Shown one piece after another: positions 1 to 10,352 of a stretch of DNA of 64,000 bases. A program made the position numbers and the translations under genes. The stretch lies in IMG/VR virus record IMGVR_UViG_3300035698_013362, positions 1 to 64,000 of that record. One strand, 5' to 3'. Under the pieces are notes generated by a model that saw only the letters and a list, made by a program, of their open reading frames with translations, made no database searches and was not told the DNA's origin. Numbering within the stretch: the stretch's first letter is position 1; every line of letters starts with the position of its first letter. The stretch is from a virus.

Positions 1-92
1 ACAACACTGGAAGCTTAGATGCTGAAGAGCAATATCTAGATAATGACAAAGTTTTAGCCAAATATGAAGAATGGAAGAAAAATGCGAAATAG
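1..92 (+). CDS. 3' end of hypothetical protein (truncated by window edge)
   Basis: Open frame ...NTGSLDAEEQYLDNDKVLAKYEEWKKNAK ending TAG at 90-92. Confidence 0.5.
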   Translation, partial: NTGSLDAEEQYLDNDKVLAKYEEWKKNAK

Positions 93-432
93 GAAGCCAT
101 ATAAATGGAATCATCGTAATCGTAAGAACCAAGAAATCACTGAAGAGTTTCTTACATATCTCGATAAACGTATCGATAAGGATTTCAAAGCACAACGTGA
201 TAATCTAACGAAGCTAATTGCTTCATATACCTGTATGGGATTGAAACGTGAATGCTGTTCTTTGAATAACCAGATTATGGTTAATACGGTTATTCCTGAT
301 GATATTACCCCAGCTGAATTACAAATGCAATTCAGATCATTAGCTGAAGGATTAGCCGAAGCAGTTCTTAATGAAATGGCATCGGACCGCACAATTGGAC
401 GAGATATATTTGAAACACATGAAAGGAGATAA
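64..432 (+). CDS. hypothetical protein (start may be ATG 82)
   Basis: 122-aa ORF in a tightly packed + strand run. Confidence 0.6.
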   Translation: MKNGRKMRNRKPYKWNHRNRKNQEITEEFLTYLDKRIDKDFKAQRDNLTKLIASYTCMGLKRECCSLNNQIMVNTVIPDDITPAELQMQFRSLAEGLAEAVLNEMASDRTIGRDIFETHERR

Positions 433-433
433 T

Positions 434-769
434 ATGATACAAACAGTACTTAAAGATTATGACGTAGAAGTAAAGTGAGCCGTAGATGGAGATACTTTTG
501 CTCCATTGGCTCAGGTTAAGATTTCATTTTGCGTTGGTATTGATGAATTCCCAGCAATAAAGAATAATTTATATTTTGAAAATCTACGTAGCAAGCTTGA
601 ATTTGCTGCATCGGATATGTCAGATATAAACGATGATCTTATTGCTATTAAAATGATTGAAGCAATGAAAGAATATGCTGAAACCCATGATGTTCGAACT
701 TCTAAGAACGAACATTTGAAAATGACTAAATCAGCTTTAAACGTAGTTAAGAAATTCTTCAACAAATGA
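434..769 (+). pseudogene. hypothetical protein with in-frame TGA at 476-478
   Basis: AGGAGA RBS and ATG 434 are in frame with ORF 506..769, interrupted by one TGA. Confidence 0.55.
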
Positions 770-1254
770 AAATCGATAACGTAAACATTCACAACCCACA
801 TAACGTGGATCTATCAGGCGTCACTATTAAGGGAGATGGTGCATTACATCTCGGCCCAGGAGCTGAAATTCGCCAGGGTACTATTCTTGAATTTGGATCT
901 GGTATCCTTAAGATAGGAAAGAATTCAGTTGTAGGCTATATGAACTTCATGCAACTGTCTGGAGAGATCACAATCGGCGCAGGGACGTTGATAGGCCCTC
1001 ATTGCGATATCATTGCATCTAGACATACAGTCGTCCCAGGACGTAATATAGTTGAATTGCCTTTAGAACGTGGAACAGTCGTTATTGGAGATAATTGTTG
1101 GTTTGGAGCACATTGCACAATTAATTGTGGAATTATAATTGGGGACAGTTCTATAATTGGAGCGAACTCATTTGTCAATAAGAGCGTACCTGCAGGAAAA
1201 GTATATGGTGGTGTTCCCGCTAAGTTTATTAAAGATGTAAAGGATATGAAATGA
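766..1254 (+). CDS. hexapeptide-repeat (left-handed beta-helix) sugar O/N-acetyltransferase
   Basis: IG-x-x-x-x hexapeptide repeats, VVIGDNCWFG, IIGANSFV, GGVPAKFIK. Confidence 0.9.
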   Translation: MKIDNVNIHNPHNVDLSGVTIKGDGALHLGPGAEIRQGTILEFGSGILKIGKNSVVGYMNFMQLSGEITIGAGTLIGPHCDIIASRHTVVPGRNIVELPLERGTVVIGDNCWFGAHCTINCGIIIGDSSIIGANSFVNKSVPAGKVYGGVPAKFIKDVKDMK

Positions 1255-1829
1255 AATTCAATGAATGTAATACAGAATCAAATCGCTACGAGATAAGTAA
1301 GCGAATTATGGAACATAACCCTTGGACTAACGCTGATTGTATTCCTCAAATGTGTGCAATCTTTGAGCAAGTTATGAGAGCTGGATATGATTACTCACAT
1401 AATGTTTTTTCTGACAAATGGGAAGAACGTAAGCTTACGGCCTGGATGTCTTTTGAAATTTATAAGGAGCTTAATATCGATATTGAAAAAGAAATCACTA
1501 ATATCATGGCTCATGAACTTATTAATGATCTTCCTGACGGGACCGAATTGGCTTATATTCGTTTTGAACGGGATGGTGATGAAAAATCTTTCTCTCCACA
1601 GATCAAAGTCATTTATGGTGGTATATTCCCTAAAGTATTTGATCCATATATGCCTAAAGGTCTAGTTGGGTTGGTTCCATCTGATCCTGAAAGTGTTGAT
1701 AAGTTCCTAAGTAAGTATGGCCCAGAAGGTGCTCATGCTGTTGCTAGAGTTCTTATGGATGCAGCTGATAAAGATATGCAAGAAGGAATGAGACAAGCTG
1801 AAGAAGCAATTCGTAATGGTGAAGTGTAG
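1251..1829 (+). CDS. hypothetical protein
   Basis: 192-aa ORF, ATGA overlap with upstream gene. Confidence 0.7.
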   Translation: MKFNECNTESNRYEISKRIMEHNPWTNADCIPQMCAIFEQVMRAGYDYSHNVFSDKWEERKLTAWMSFEIYKELNIDIEKEITNIMAHELINDLPDGTELAYIRFERDGDEKSFSPQIKVIYGGIFPKVFDPYMPKGLVGLVPSDPESVDKFLSKYGPEGAHAVARVLMDAADKDMQEGMRQAEEAIRNGEV

Positions 1830-2743
1830 TGAATATCTTATTCCATGTAGGTAGTGGGAATACAGATCGGCCTTCACGTTGGTGGGGTGTATGCGTACAC
1901 TTCTCTAACTTGGCCAGATCATTCGAATCTTTAGGACATGAATGTGTTCTACAAGTTCATCCAAAAGCTGTTTCAGCTAATATATTCCACAGATTTGAAT
2001 TATCTGAGGTTGCTAAAGATTCTCAATGTAATCCTGATGTAGTCTTTACATGGAATGGTATCTCTCCGGGTGATAAAGCTATTATTGATTTGCATCCTAA
2101 TGCTATTCCAGTCTATGCTGAATTAGGTTTCTTTGATCATTATGAAACGGTCTACTTTGATTTCTCTGGAACCAATAGTCGTTCAATGAATCTTCTCGAG
2201 GACATTGATAAAGAATTTAATGGCCTTGATGAAGAAATATTCAATAGAGTTAAACGTAAATACGCTAAGTATCAACTTATTAATGATTATGAATATGTCT
2301 TTGTTCCTCTTCAGGATAATCTCGATACTCAGATCACTAAATATAGTCCGTTTAACAATATGACTGAATTTATGGATTGGGTTCTTGATGTAACAAAGTT
2401 CATGGGACCTGAAGTAAAGATTGTTTATAAGCAACACCCAATGGCTCCTACTCCAATTAAAGCAGACCCTAGATTAATAGAAGTCAAAGATGATGTACAC
2501 CATTATCTTGAGAATGCAAACTTTGTTATTGGTTGCAACTCAAGTGTGCTCTTCGAGTGTCTATTATATCATAATCGCATTATTACAGCCGGCATAGGAT
2601 TAACTTCTAGGCCTCTGAATGAAGAAGATAGAAAAGCTTATATTATCCATTGTTATAAAAAGCAAATACATCAAACAAAGTTAGGCGATCCTAACTACAT
2701 TAAAGAAACTTGGATGTATAAGGAACTTCTTAAGAAGGTTTAG
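1829..2743 (+). CDS. KpsS/KpsC-like capsule-synthesis family glycosyltransferase
   Basis: VFVPLQxxxDTQI, KQHP and NSSVxxExLL motifs. Confidence 0.75.
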   Translation: MNILFHVGSGNTDRPSRWWGVCVHFSNLARSFESLGHECVLQVHPKAVSANIFHRFELSEVAKDSQCNPDVVFTWNGISPGDKAIIDLHPNAIPVYAELGFFDHYETVYFDFSGTNSRSMNLLEDIDKEFNGLDEEIFNRVKRKYAKYQLINDYEYVFVPLQDNLDTQITKYSPFNNMTEFMDWVLDVTKFMGPEVKIVYKQHPMAPTPIKADPRLIEVKDDVHHYLENANFVIGCNSSVLFECLLYHNRIITAGIGLTSRPLNEEDRKAYIIHCYKKQIHQTKLGDPNYIKETWMYKELLKKV

Positions 2744-3398
2744 ATTTACAATTATTTAAATGATAACGAGTCATATTACACTGTCTTCCAATTTTAAAAC
2801 AATGAGGACAAACCACTTTATAAGATAAGTTATTCTTTCTTTTAATTAAGCTTCGGTTAATTGGATTTCCTAAAAATAATGCAAGTGGTTTATGTTTACA
2901 ATTATCAAAGTGGTATTTTTTAAGATTTGATATATCTATTTCTAATAGACAATGTGGACATTTCTTTATTTCACGTTTATTAGTATGATTAAATTTTCTA
3001 CCTTTAGATACCGCGATTAAATCCCCTGATGTATATCTAGGATCGGTATTTGATACTTGGAATAAATTATTATCTTTATCCCTAACATAAACCATACCTA
3101 ATAAATATCCATCACCACCTATGGCTAAATTATATGTATCAGATCTTTCTATATATTCTTCATTTACAATGTGCATTTCATCGATATATGCTTCATTTTC
3201 AGAATGATGAAATCTTAATATTTCTATAGCAAAATTTTCTATACCATATTTCTTAACGGCTTTATTTATAGCCACACCACTTCCATAATAACCATCATTA
3301 AGATCATTAGTTGAGTGTTTATCTGTATATTCTTTCTTATTAATTAAATTATATGTTCTATAAATTATATGAAATTTACCATCTATTCCTTTAAACAT
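2730..3398 (-). mobile_element. GIY-YIG (Seg-like) homing endonuclease, open frame but YIG motif altered
   Basis: IIYRTYNLINKKEYTDKHST, YYGSG, YNLAIGG, two CPHC...HxxNCK zinc ribbons; YxG reads YTD. Confidence 0.85.
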
Positions 3399-3447
3399 AT
3401 TATTACCTTTAATTGTTCTAATATTATTTATCTTATAGGAGACAAAA

Positions 3448-4584
3448 ATGACAGAAATAACAAAACCCCATTTAGGCGGACATGCTGGAATCGTCCACGA
3501 AGATATTGGAGCTCTTGAATGGGCTATCGCGAAGTATAATGTAAAATATGCAGTTGATATCGGTTGTGGTCCTGGACATATGGTTAAACATATGCTAGAT
3601 CGTGGTCTAGATGCACATGGTATTGAAGGTGATCCAGAGCTTAATTGGGGACGTCCTGAAAAATTCGTTCGTCATGATTATACTACAGGTGGATTTGCGG
3701 TAGGTCAGGATTGTGATCTTGGTTGGTGTGTTGAAGTGCTTGAACATATTGAAGAAGAATTCCTTGATAATGTTATGACTACATTCAAAGAATGTAAAGT
3801 TCTTATCGTTACGGCTGCTCCTCCTGGTACAGAAGCTTCACATCATCATGTGAATTGTAAAGATGCAGCGTATTGGACATTCCAATTTGCTAAGAATGGC
3901 TTCCGTCTTGATGATGCTGCTACAACTGAAATGCGCCGTTCAAGTACTATGACTCGTGAGTTCATGAAGAATACTGGTATGGTTTATGTTCGTGAAGAAG
4001 GGTACTGCGTTAATGATCTACCTGAATGGATTAAAATTGAACAGGGATTTACTGAAGAAGATATTGCTCCAGTTGAATCTGATGTTGAAATTGCTGAATC
4101 ATTTACAGACCAGCTTGTTGATGATGAAGACTTCGAAGTTGCTGCTGAAGTATTGCTTGCTAAACAGCAAACTCTCATTGATACTATTCAGAAATCTCTA
4201 ACATGTTCTAATATGCCTATCGATGAAATTCGTGCCTCACTTGCTGCAGTTTATAAAAGTGAAATGCCTGATTCCGAATTCAATCTTATCTTTGATGAAC
4301 AGATTAAATCATTTGAAGATTCCAAAGCTATTGTTGAACAAGTTGAAAAAGAAGCCGAACTTCCTATTGACATGATGAAGAAAGAGATTATCAAACATGC
4401 CGAAACTAATGATATTGATGAAGAATTAGCAGATATTCTTGTAGAAGAAATTATCAATGAACTAAAAGTAAAGCATAATCTTCCTGATAATAAGGATATT
4501 GTTTTTGATAGTGGTAATTATTACTTCATCACTGTAACTAAATCTGGTAAAGAACGTAAAGGCTCCAGGAAATTGGTAGAATAA
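3448..4584 (+). CDS. class I SAM-dependent methyltransferase with acidic C-terminal extension
   Basis: VDIGCGPG motif I, CVEVLEHI, HHVN. Confidence 0.85.
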   Translation: MTEITKPHLGGHAGIVHEDIGALEWAIAKYNVKYAVDIGCGPGHMVKHMLDRGLDAHGIEGDPELNWGRPEKFVRHDYTTGGFAVGQDCDLGWCVEVLEHIEEEFLDNVMTTFKECKVLIVTAAPPGTEASHHHVNCKDAAYWTFQFAKNGFRLDDAATTEMRRSSTMTREFMKNTGMVYVREEGYCVNDLPEWIKIEQGFTEEDIAPVESDVEIAESFTDQLVDDEDFEVAAEVLLAKQQTLIDTIQKSLTCSNMPIDEIRASLAAVYKSEMPDSEFNLIFDEQIKSFEDSKAIVEQVEKEAELPIDMMKKEIIKHAETNDIDEELADILVEEIINELKVKHNLPDNKDIVFDSGNYYFITVTKSGKERKGSRKLVE

Positions 4585-4585
4585 T

Positions 4586-4823
4586 ATGAAGTGTCCTTGG
4601 TATAAATTCCACAAATGGATTAAACTCAGACAACCTTCGTCTAGGTATATTAGGTGAAAAAGTTCATGGATATAGTTCTGGTCGGTTTATAAAATGTTCT
4701 GTTTGTGGAATTATACAGGAACATAAGCATGATTCCTAAGGTGGCTATTGGTCAACATTAAATGATCAAGAGGCCGCCGTGGTAAATTCTAAATTAGATA
4801 AAGACAATATAATAAGGAAATAA
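4586..4823 (+). pseudogene. decayed small zinc-finger protein
   Basis: MKCPWYKFHKW..., frameshift near 4645, then CSVC, TAA 4737-4739, open to TAA 4821-4823. Confidence 0.45.
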
Positions 4824-5639
4824 ATGGCCCAAGTATTATTTACCCAGAACTGCTTCTGTCCTGATGATAACCAATTCAACAGACTTAAGCGGTCTCTGTA
4901 TTCCCTTCAAAACTATGCTCGTCACTGTACCCCTAAGAATGTGTATCGATTTGTTCTTAGTGGGTGGGTACATGAAGATTATGAACAAGAACTCGAAACA
5001 TTCATGGAAGAGTGGGCTGATAATAATTTATTCTTCCAACAAGGTATTCATCTAGAATTAAATGAAACGAATGTAGGCAAAGGTAAAGTATGCAATAGCA
5101 TTATACCTAGATATTCTCATTCAGGATGGGATTATGTCTTTATGTTCGATAATGATATTATATTTAAAGAATGTCCTGAAGACATAGTTGATATTCTTAT
5201 CAAGCAGCAAAATGAAATGGATGCTATAGGGCCTTTAAAATATCCAGTTATAAGTTGCAACTTCGAGGAGCACCAGGTTCACAACCTAGGAGCAATGGAC
5301 CAAGGACATACAACTACAGATGGTAGACTCGTTAAATGCAGCACAGGACGATTTGGGTGTGTAGGTGGAGGATGCTGGTTAGTTAGGAGAGATCATTGGG
5401 ACGAGGTCGGAGGATACTGTGATGATACGATTTATGGCAAAGATGATGGTAAGTTTTATCTCGATACTATTATGTTGGGTAAGATGGTAGCACTTTCTAT
5501 GGAGGTATGGGTCATTCATCCTTCAGATGATGATCAAGCGTATAACCTCTTTAAAGCTGACACGAATGTGAATAGAGTCCGCAATATGAATTATGAAGAA
5601 CTTACTGTCGATAGTAATAACTTTTGGAAAAGTAGATGA
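4824..5639 (+). CDS. GT-A fold (GT2-like) glycosyltransferase
   Basis: NVGKG, FMFDND (DxD), GGCW, VGGY, YGKDD. Confidence 0.75.
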   Translation: MAQVLFTQNCFCPDDNQFNRLKRSLYSLQNYARHCTPKNVYRFVLSGWVHEDYEQELETFMEEWADNNLFFQQGIHLELNETNVGKGKVCNSIIPRYSHSGWDYVFMFDNDIIFKECPEDIVDILIKQQNEMDAIGPLKYPVISCNFEEHQVHNLGAMDQGHTTTDGRLVKCSTGRFGCVGGGCWLVRRDHWDEVGGYCDDTIYGKDDGKFYLDTIMLGKMVALSMEVWVIHPSDDDQAYNLFKADTNVNRVRNMNYEELTVDSNNFWKSR

Positions 5640-5687
5640 AAGATGATTTGGATCGGAGATGCGTAGTCTTTATGGAGGTACATAAAG

Positions 5688-5966
5688 ATGACAAAGAAGG
5701 ATAAATCTAATATCAATACATTCGGAATCCTTATAGAGGCGCTGTGTATAGCAGCAGCCCCTGATTTCGGTGTTGATATCTTCAGGAACGGTGAAAACTA
5801 CGTTAAGGCTTTAGAGGCACTTATTAAAGATAACACTGAAGCTTTTGAACTATGTGACCTCAAAAATTTGTATGTTTTTATTGATGAAATCGATGAAGAA
5901 AACCCAGTCGTATCTAATATTATTCAACTGCTTAATGGTAAGCTTGAAATTCGAACGATTGAATAG
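5688..5966 (+). CDS. hypothetical protein
   Basis: 92-aa ORF with GGAGG upstream. Confidence 0.6.
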   Translation: MTKKDKSNINTFGILIEALCIAAAPDFGVDIFRNGENYVKALEALIKDNTEAFELCDLKNLYVFIDEIDEENPVVSNIIQLLNGKLEIRTIE

Positions 5967-6582
5967 ATTTACAATTATTAAAGTGCCAACGTCCCATAGC
6001 AGTAGCGCCTCCACTTTTATTACAATGTGGACACTTTACTGTTTTAGACCCTAATTTAATACCTTTAATATGATGAACTAATTCACCACTTAAATATCTT
6101 GGATCATTCTTACTAACTGAAAACTTATTACCGTCTTTATCTTTAACATTAACTCTATCTTTAGCTATTCCAACTAATTCACGAGATTTAAATCTAGGAT
6201 CGTCTACTGATACTGATAAATTATGTCCATTTTCATCAATAACTGAAGTCATTCCAGAGAAATTACCATGTCCACCTAATAATATATTATAAGTATCTTC
6301 TCTTTCTATATAATCTTCATTTATTATTCTTTTTTCTTCTAAGTATGCAGCTTCTTCAGTATTATGAAAGCTTAATATTTCTACAGCAAAATTTTTAAGG
6401 CCATATTTGGTTACAGCTAAACTTATTATTGTGCCCGATCCATAATAATTATCTTCTAAATTATTTGTACTATGTTTACCTGTATATTCTTTGCCATTTA
6501 TTAAGTTATATGTTCGATATATTATATGATAATATCAGTTTAAATCTTTTATTATTTTTGCTTTATTTTTTGTAAAATTCTA
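5932..6582 (-). pseudogene. GIY-YIG homing endonuclease pseudogene
   Basis: YHIIYRTYNLINGKEYTGKH...YYGSG is in frame with ORF 5932..6252; TGA at 6535-6537 and TAG at the expected start (6580-6582). Confidence 0.85.
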
Positions 6583-6601
6583 TATTTATTTATCAATAAC
6601 A

Positions 6602-7603
6602 GTGAGTATAAATATAATTATGGTTAGCCATGAATTAATAGAGTGGACTAAAGAAAAGATCAATGAGAATTGTGGCCAAATTGAGGCAACTCATGAAGTC
6701 ATAAGGATCAGATGTCCTTTCTGTGGCGACTCCAAGAAGAAATCAAATAAGAAGCGTGGTAATTATTATCTCAAAGATGGGATGTTCAAATGTTTTAATG
6801 GTGATTGTCAAAAGTTCACCGACTCATATAACTTAGTTGCCGAATTGGAGTGCCGCTCATATTCAGAAGTCAAAGCCGATTTCTTTAAATATGAAAGAGG
6901 AGGAGGTGGCAACTTTGAGTTCATTGATACATTTGAGCCACGTGAAATAGTTACAATAGCCGATGACTTCGTTATCCCCAGCAATTGGATGGATATATCA
7001 GAGAAGCCTAAGCATTATGTAGATGAACGTCTTATAGGCTTAGCGCCTAACCTCACTAAAGAGTGGCAACTCTATTTCAACACCGACAACAACCGATTAG
7101 TCATTCCGTGGATTAAAAATGGCAAGATCGTGTATTATCAGGAACGAGCTATCTACAAAGATCAGATTCCTAAATACTTATTCCCTAAAGACACCATGGA
7201 TCGCCCTGTCTTCGGGATAGACAACATCAGAGAAGATTATCCGTGGATCTTCTACTTGGAAGGCGCCTTAGACTCGATCTGGGTCATAAATGGCGTAGCC
7301 ACCGGTAGTATTACTCTATCTGCAGTACAAAAAGAGATGCTATCAAACTTCTTTGGACATAAGCTAGTCTATTTTCCAGACAACCCCTGGTTAGATAAAG
7401 CCTCTAGAGAAAACATAATAAAGCTTTCTGAAAAACAAAAAGATCTTCTAGTGTGGATGTGGCCTAAGTCATTTAAGCAAAAGGATGTTAATGAATTAGT
7501 GTGTAGTATTGGTAAATCTGCTAAGGATTTCTTCTATACCACTGAGTTGCATCAGAATGTCGTGAGTATACAACGTGCAAGATGTATGCTGGAATTAATG
7601 TAA
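6602..7603 (+). CDS. 61: DNA primase (T4 gp61-like)
   Basis: RCPFCGDSKK...KRG, CFNGDC zinc finger, TOPRIM LEGALDS, PDN, KDVNE. Confidence 0.93.
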   Translation: MSINIIMVSHELIEWTKEKINENCGQIEATHEVIRIRCPFCGDSKKKSNKKRGNYYLKDGMFKCFNGDCQKFTDSYNLVAELECRSYSEVKADFFKYERGGGGNFEFIDTFEPREIVTIADDFVIPSNWMDISEKPKHYVDERLIGLAPNLTKEWQLYFNTDNNRLVIPWIKNGKIVYYQERAIYKDQIPKYLFPKDTMDRPVFGIDNIREDYPWIFYLEGALDSIWVINGVATGSITLSAVQKEMLSNFFGHKLVYFPDNPWLDKASRENIIKLSEKQKDLLVWMWPKSFKQKDVNELVCSIGKSAKDFFYTTELHQNVVSIQRARCMLELM

Positions 7604-7609
7604 GAATTG

Positions 7610-7617
7610 ATAAATAA
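7610..7617 (+). promoter_or_regulatory. late promoter-like xATAAATA (coordinates approximate)
   Basis: GATAAATA shortly before the AAGGA RBS of ORF 7633; T4 late consensus is TATAAATA. Confidence 0.55.
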
Positions 7618-7632
7618 AATTAAGGAAATAAT

Positions 7633-7815
7633 ATGGCTACATGGTATATCGGAAATTTCGTTGCGGATGATGGTACTAAATTCTATCAAGGACCTTGGTT
7701 CAAAGATGGAGAGAAGTACGAATACAAATTAATCGAATCCGATGGATCAGAAGATTTCTGTGATGAAGAACAAATGTTATCATGGGGAGTCAAGCCTAAA
7801 CGGGTAATAAAATAA
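7633..7815 (+). CDS. hypothetical protein
   Basis: 60-aa ORF with RBS. Confidence 0.65.
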   Translation: MATWYIGNFVADDGTKFYQGPWFKDGEKYEYKLIESDGSEDFCDEEQMLSWGVKPKRVIK

Positions 7816-7988
7816 TGAGTGAATCAATCTATATCAAAGAAACCAACGAGTTCTTAACCGGAGACGGCCTTGTTGTTAAAGCATCAGACCTTTCTAAAGA
7901 AGAAATCGCAGAAATGATGGAAGAAGCAAGTACTGTCAACAAACTATTTGGTAGCACCGAATCTTCAGCATCAATGCTTAAAGGGTAA
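7815..7988 (+). CDS. hypothetical protein (57 aa, not in ORF track)
   Basis: TAATG coupling; MSESIYIKETNEFLTGDG...MLKG. Confidence 0.6.
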   Translation: MSESIYIKETNEFLTGDGLVVKASDLSKEEIAEMMEEASTVNKLFGSTESSASMLKG

Positions 7989-7991
7989 TTA

Positions 7992-8705
7992 ATGAAAGAT
8001 CTAAAGTTTTCTAACCAGGAAGTTAAAAAAATAGTGGATACTATTTCCAAGAAGAAAGCTTGGAACATTAAAGTACCTTCTATAGACGATAAGTTTACTA
8101 TTGAGTTGAAGAATGTTCCTGCTAAGAATAAGATTGATGTTCTTGCTGATGGTAAGGTTGTTGATGACTATTCATATGATACAGAGGAACAGAATGACGT
8201 ATATGCTACCGTATTGAATGTCCTTGATTATCTTACTAACTTAATGAACAAATATAATAAGCGCCATCCTAAAGCGGTTAAAGAGGATGTTGATGAAGTT
8301 GTTTGTGTAACGCAAATAACTGGTGAATCCAGGAATATGGTTGAAGCCATGTCTAAAGGATTGCTTCGTGCTTATATAAGCAAAATGAAAGAAACCGACA
8401 TACATTATACCTGCAAAGCCTGCAATACACCTATTCCTAAATATAAAGGAAGATATGGTAAATCTTGCCCATCATGTGGTGAATCGATTGTAGCGATGAA
8501 GGAGAAAGATCATGAAATTGCTGTAGGAGCTGCGTTCCAACGTGGGGCTACAGTAAAAGTTCAATTGGCCGATCCTGATGATTTTTGGAATGCTAAAGTG
8601 GTAGCATACCAACCTGAAACTAAAGCGTATGCTATTGAACTTACTGAAGGTCCTGATACTGGGAAAGTAATACAAGGTATCACATTGGGACAGATCAGAA
8701 AATAA
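7992..8705 (+). CDS. hypothetical protein with CxxC..CxxC zinc ribbon and C-terminal SH3/Tudor-like domain
   Basis: CKAC...CPSC; FQRGATVKV...WNAKVV...YAIEL. Confidence 0.65.
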   Translation: MKDLKFSNQEVKKIVDTISKKKAWNIKVPSIDDKFTIELKNVPAKNKIDVLADGKVVDDYSYDTEEQNDVYATVLNVLDYLTNLMNKYNKRHPKAVKEDVDEVVCVTQITGESRNMVEAMSKGLLRAYISKMKETDIHYTCKACNTPIPKYKGRYGKSCPSCGESIVAMKEKDHEIAVGAAFQRGATVKVQLADPDDFWNAKVVAYQPETKAYAIELTEGPDTGKVIQGITLGQIRK

Positions 8706-8784
8706 TCTCTCCAGAGAACACGATTCGCTACCGTGCGAGCCTTAACCTTGGCTCATCTTAGGACTGGCGCCATAAATTAATTTC

Positions 8785-9487
8785 TTAATTTATGGCGTTT
8801 TTACAATTATCGAAATGCCATCTTCTCATTATTGTAATTCCTCCATTCTTTCCACAATGTGGGCAAACAATTGTTTTATGTATACGACCCTTGTTTACAC
8901 AAATTAGCTCTCCTGATAATATGCGGGGATCATTTTTAGAAACACGCATATTGTTTCCATCTTTATCTCTAACTACGGCGTTTCCTGTAGCAAAATGAAC
9001 AAGCTCACCAGATATATAACGAGGATCAGATTTATCTACTAAAAAATGATTACCAGATTTATCTTTAACAGTGACCATTCCATGTGCAATACCTACAAGC
9101 TCGCCTGATATATAACGAGGATCATTACTAGAAACAAATATATTTTTACCAGATTGATTCTTTGCCATTACCATTCCATTACCACCACATCCACCAGTCT
9201 TTTGATTATATGTATCTTCACGTTCTACATAATCCCAATCAACAATTAAAAATTCTTCTGCGTATGCCAAGTCTGATGTGTTATGAAAGCTTAGTATCTC
9301 AACGGCAAAATTTTCTAACCCATATTTATTGATTGCTTTAGTGAGGATATTGCCAGATCCATAATATCCATCATTTAATTTAAACGTTGAATGTTTACCT
9401 ATATTCCTTGCCGTTAATTAGATTATGAGTTCTATAAACATAGTGATATTTTCCATCTTCGCCTAATATTGTATTTAATATTTTCAT
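8785..9487 (-). pseudogene. GIY-YIG homing endonuclease pseudogene (frameshift)
   Basis: MKILNTILGEDGKYHYVYRTHNLINGKEY, then an apparent 2-nt loss near 9400 (GAA TAT AGG TAA); other frame continues GKHST..YYGSG into ORF 8785..9270. Confidence 0.88.
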
Positions 9488-9492
9488 ATACT

Positions 9493-9500
9493 TATTTATA
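9493..9500 (-). promoter_or_regulatory. late promoter TATAAATA
   Basis: Exact T4 late consensus 5 nt before ATG 9487. Confidence 0.75.
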
Positions 9501-9565
9501 CTTTAAAAGTGACTGGGTTCTATAAGACTAAAATCTTATAGCACTTTTTTTTTTGCATTTTTCTA

Positions 9566-9600
9566 TGTACAACTGAAATGTCAGTGTGTATACTCTACTC
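9566..9600 (+). promoter_or_regulatory. early (sigma70-type) promoter
   Basis: TGTACA-N17-TATACT-CTACTC; motif recurs in the window. Confidence 0.85.
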
Positions 9601-9624
9601 ACATTCAGCAAACAGAGATACAAA

Positions 9625-9903
9625 ATGATTGAACTAAACAAACTATTAGAAACGATCTTTGAATTCAACGGTAATCTTGCAGATGTCCATTTTGAAGACG
9701 ATACATTCGATACTCGTATGGATGCAATCGTTAAATTAAACACCGATAATAAAACCATTGAGTTGCATGCTCATTTCGGTAAACTTGCACATGCTATTGA
9801 TATTGATCGCATTACAACATTTAAAGTCGAATATGATGTTCAATTTGATGAACATACCGACAAGCTCACTTCACGTAAATTACTCAAAATCATTTACAAA
9901 TAA
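9625..9903 (+). CDS. early hypothetical protein
   Basis: ATG 9625 after early promoter and GAGA RBS. Confidence 0.7.
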   Translation: MIELNKLLETIFEFNGNLADVHFEDDTFDTRMDAIVKLNTDNKTIELHAHFGKLAHAIDIDRITTFKVEYDVQFDEHTDKLTSRKLLKIIYK

Positions 9904-9915
9904 GGAACTCATATA

Positions 9916-10176
9916 ATGAAATTGAAAGAAGTAATTGCTAAGACTGGTGCCGATAAGAAATTCTGTCAGAAGTTGTTCAGCATCAATATTATGACCGCTG
10001 GTGTAGTTGTTCTCCATGCTACGTTGTCTATCAGTGAAGACAAAAAGCATCTCCAGATCGGCGAAGGAGACCACTGCACGACTACTGGAATGTGGCAAAT
10101 CTCCAAGATCAGTGATATATTCACAATGGATCACAAGACACATGGAACCATCACGCACATCATAATTGAGCCTTAA
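9916..10176 (+). CDS. early hypothetical protein
   Basis: 86-aa ORF, AAGGA RBS. Confidence 0.7.
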   Translation: MKLKEVIAKTGADKKFCQKLFSINIMTAGVVVLHATLSISEDKKHLQIGEGDHCTTTGMWQISKISDIFTMDHKTHGTITHIIIEP

Positions 10177-10352
10177 GTTTTAAATTTTTGATCTATATTA
10201 AATAGAATTACTAAAAAGGAAAATAATATGCATCCAATATTCGTAGTTATGATCTTGGATCTTAATATTTATGGCACCTGATATCGAAGTTAGATATGAT
10301 AATGGCTACCATTTGAAATTGAATGGATGGATTAACAACCTCACTAAATTAT

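Noticed and set aside
8711-8772. Assignment as a twister, HDV-like or hammerhead ribozyme
   Set aside because: Only fragmentary resemblance; the required pairings and catalytic cores could not be built.
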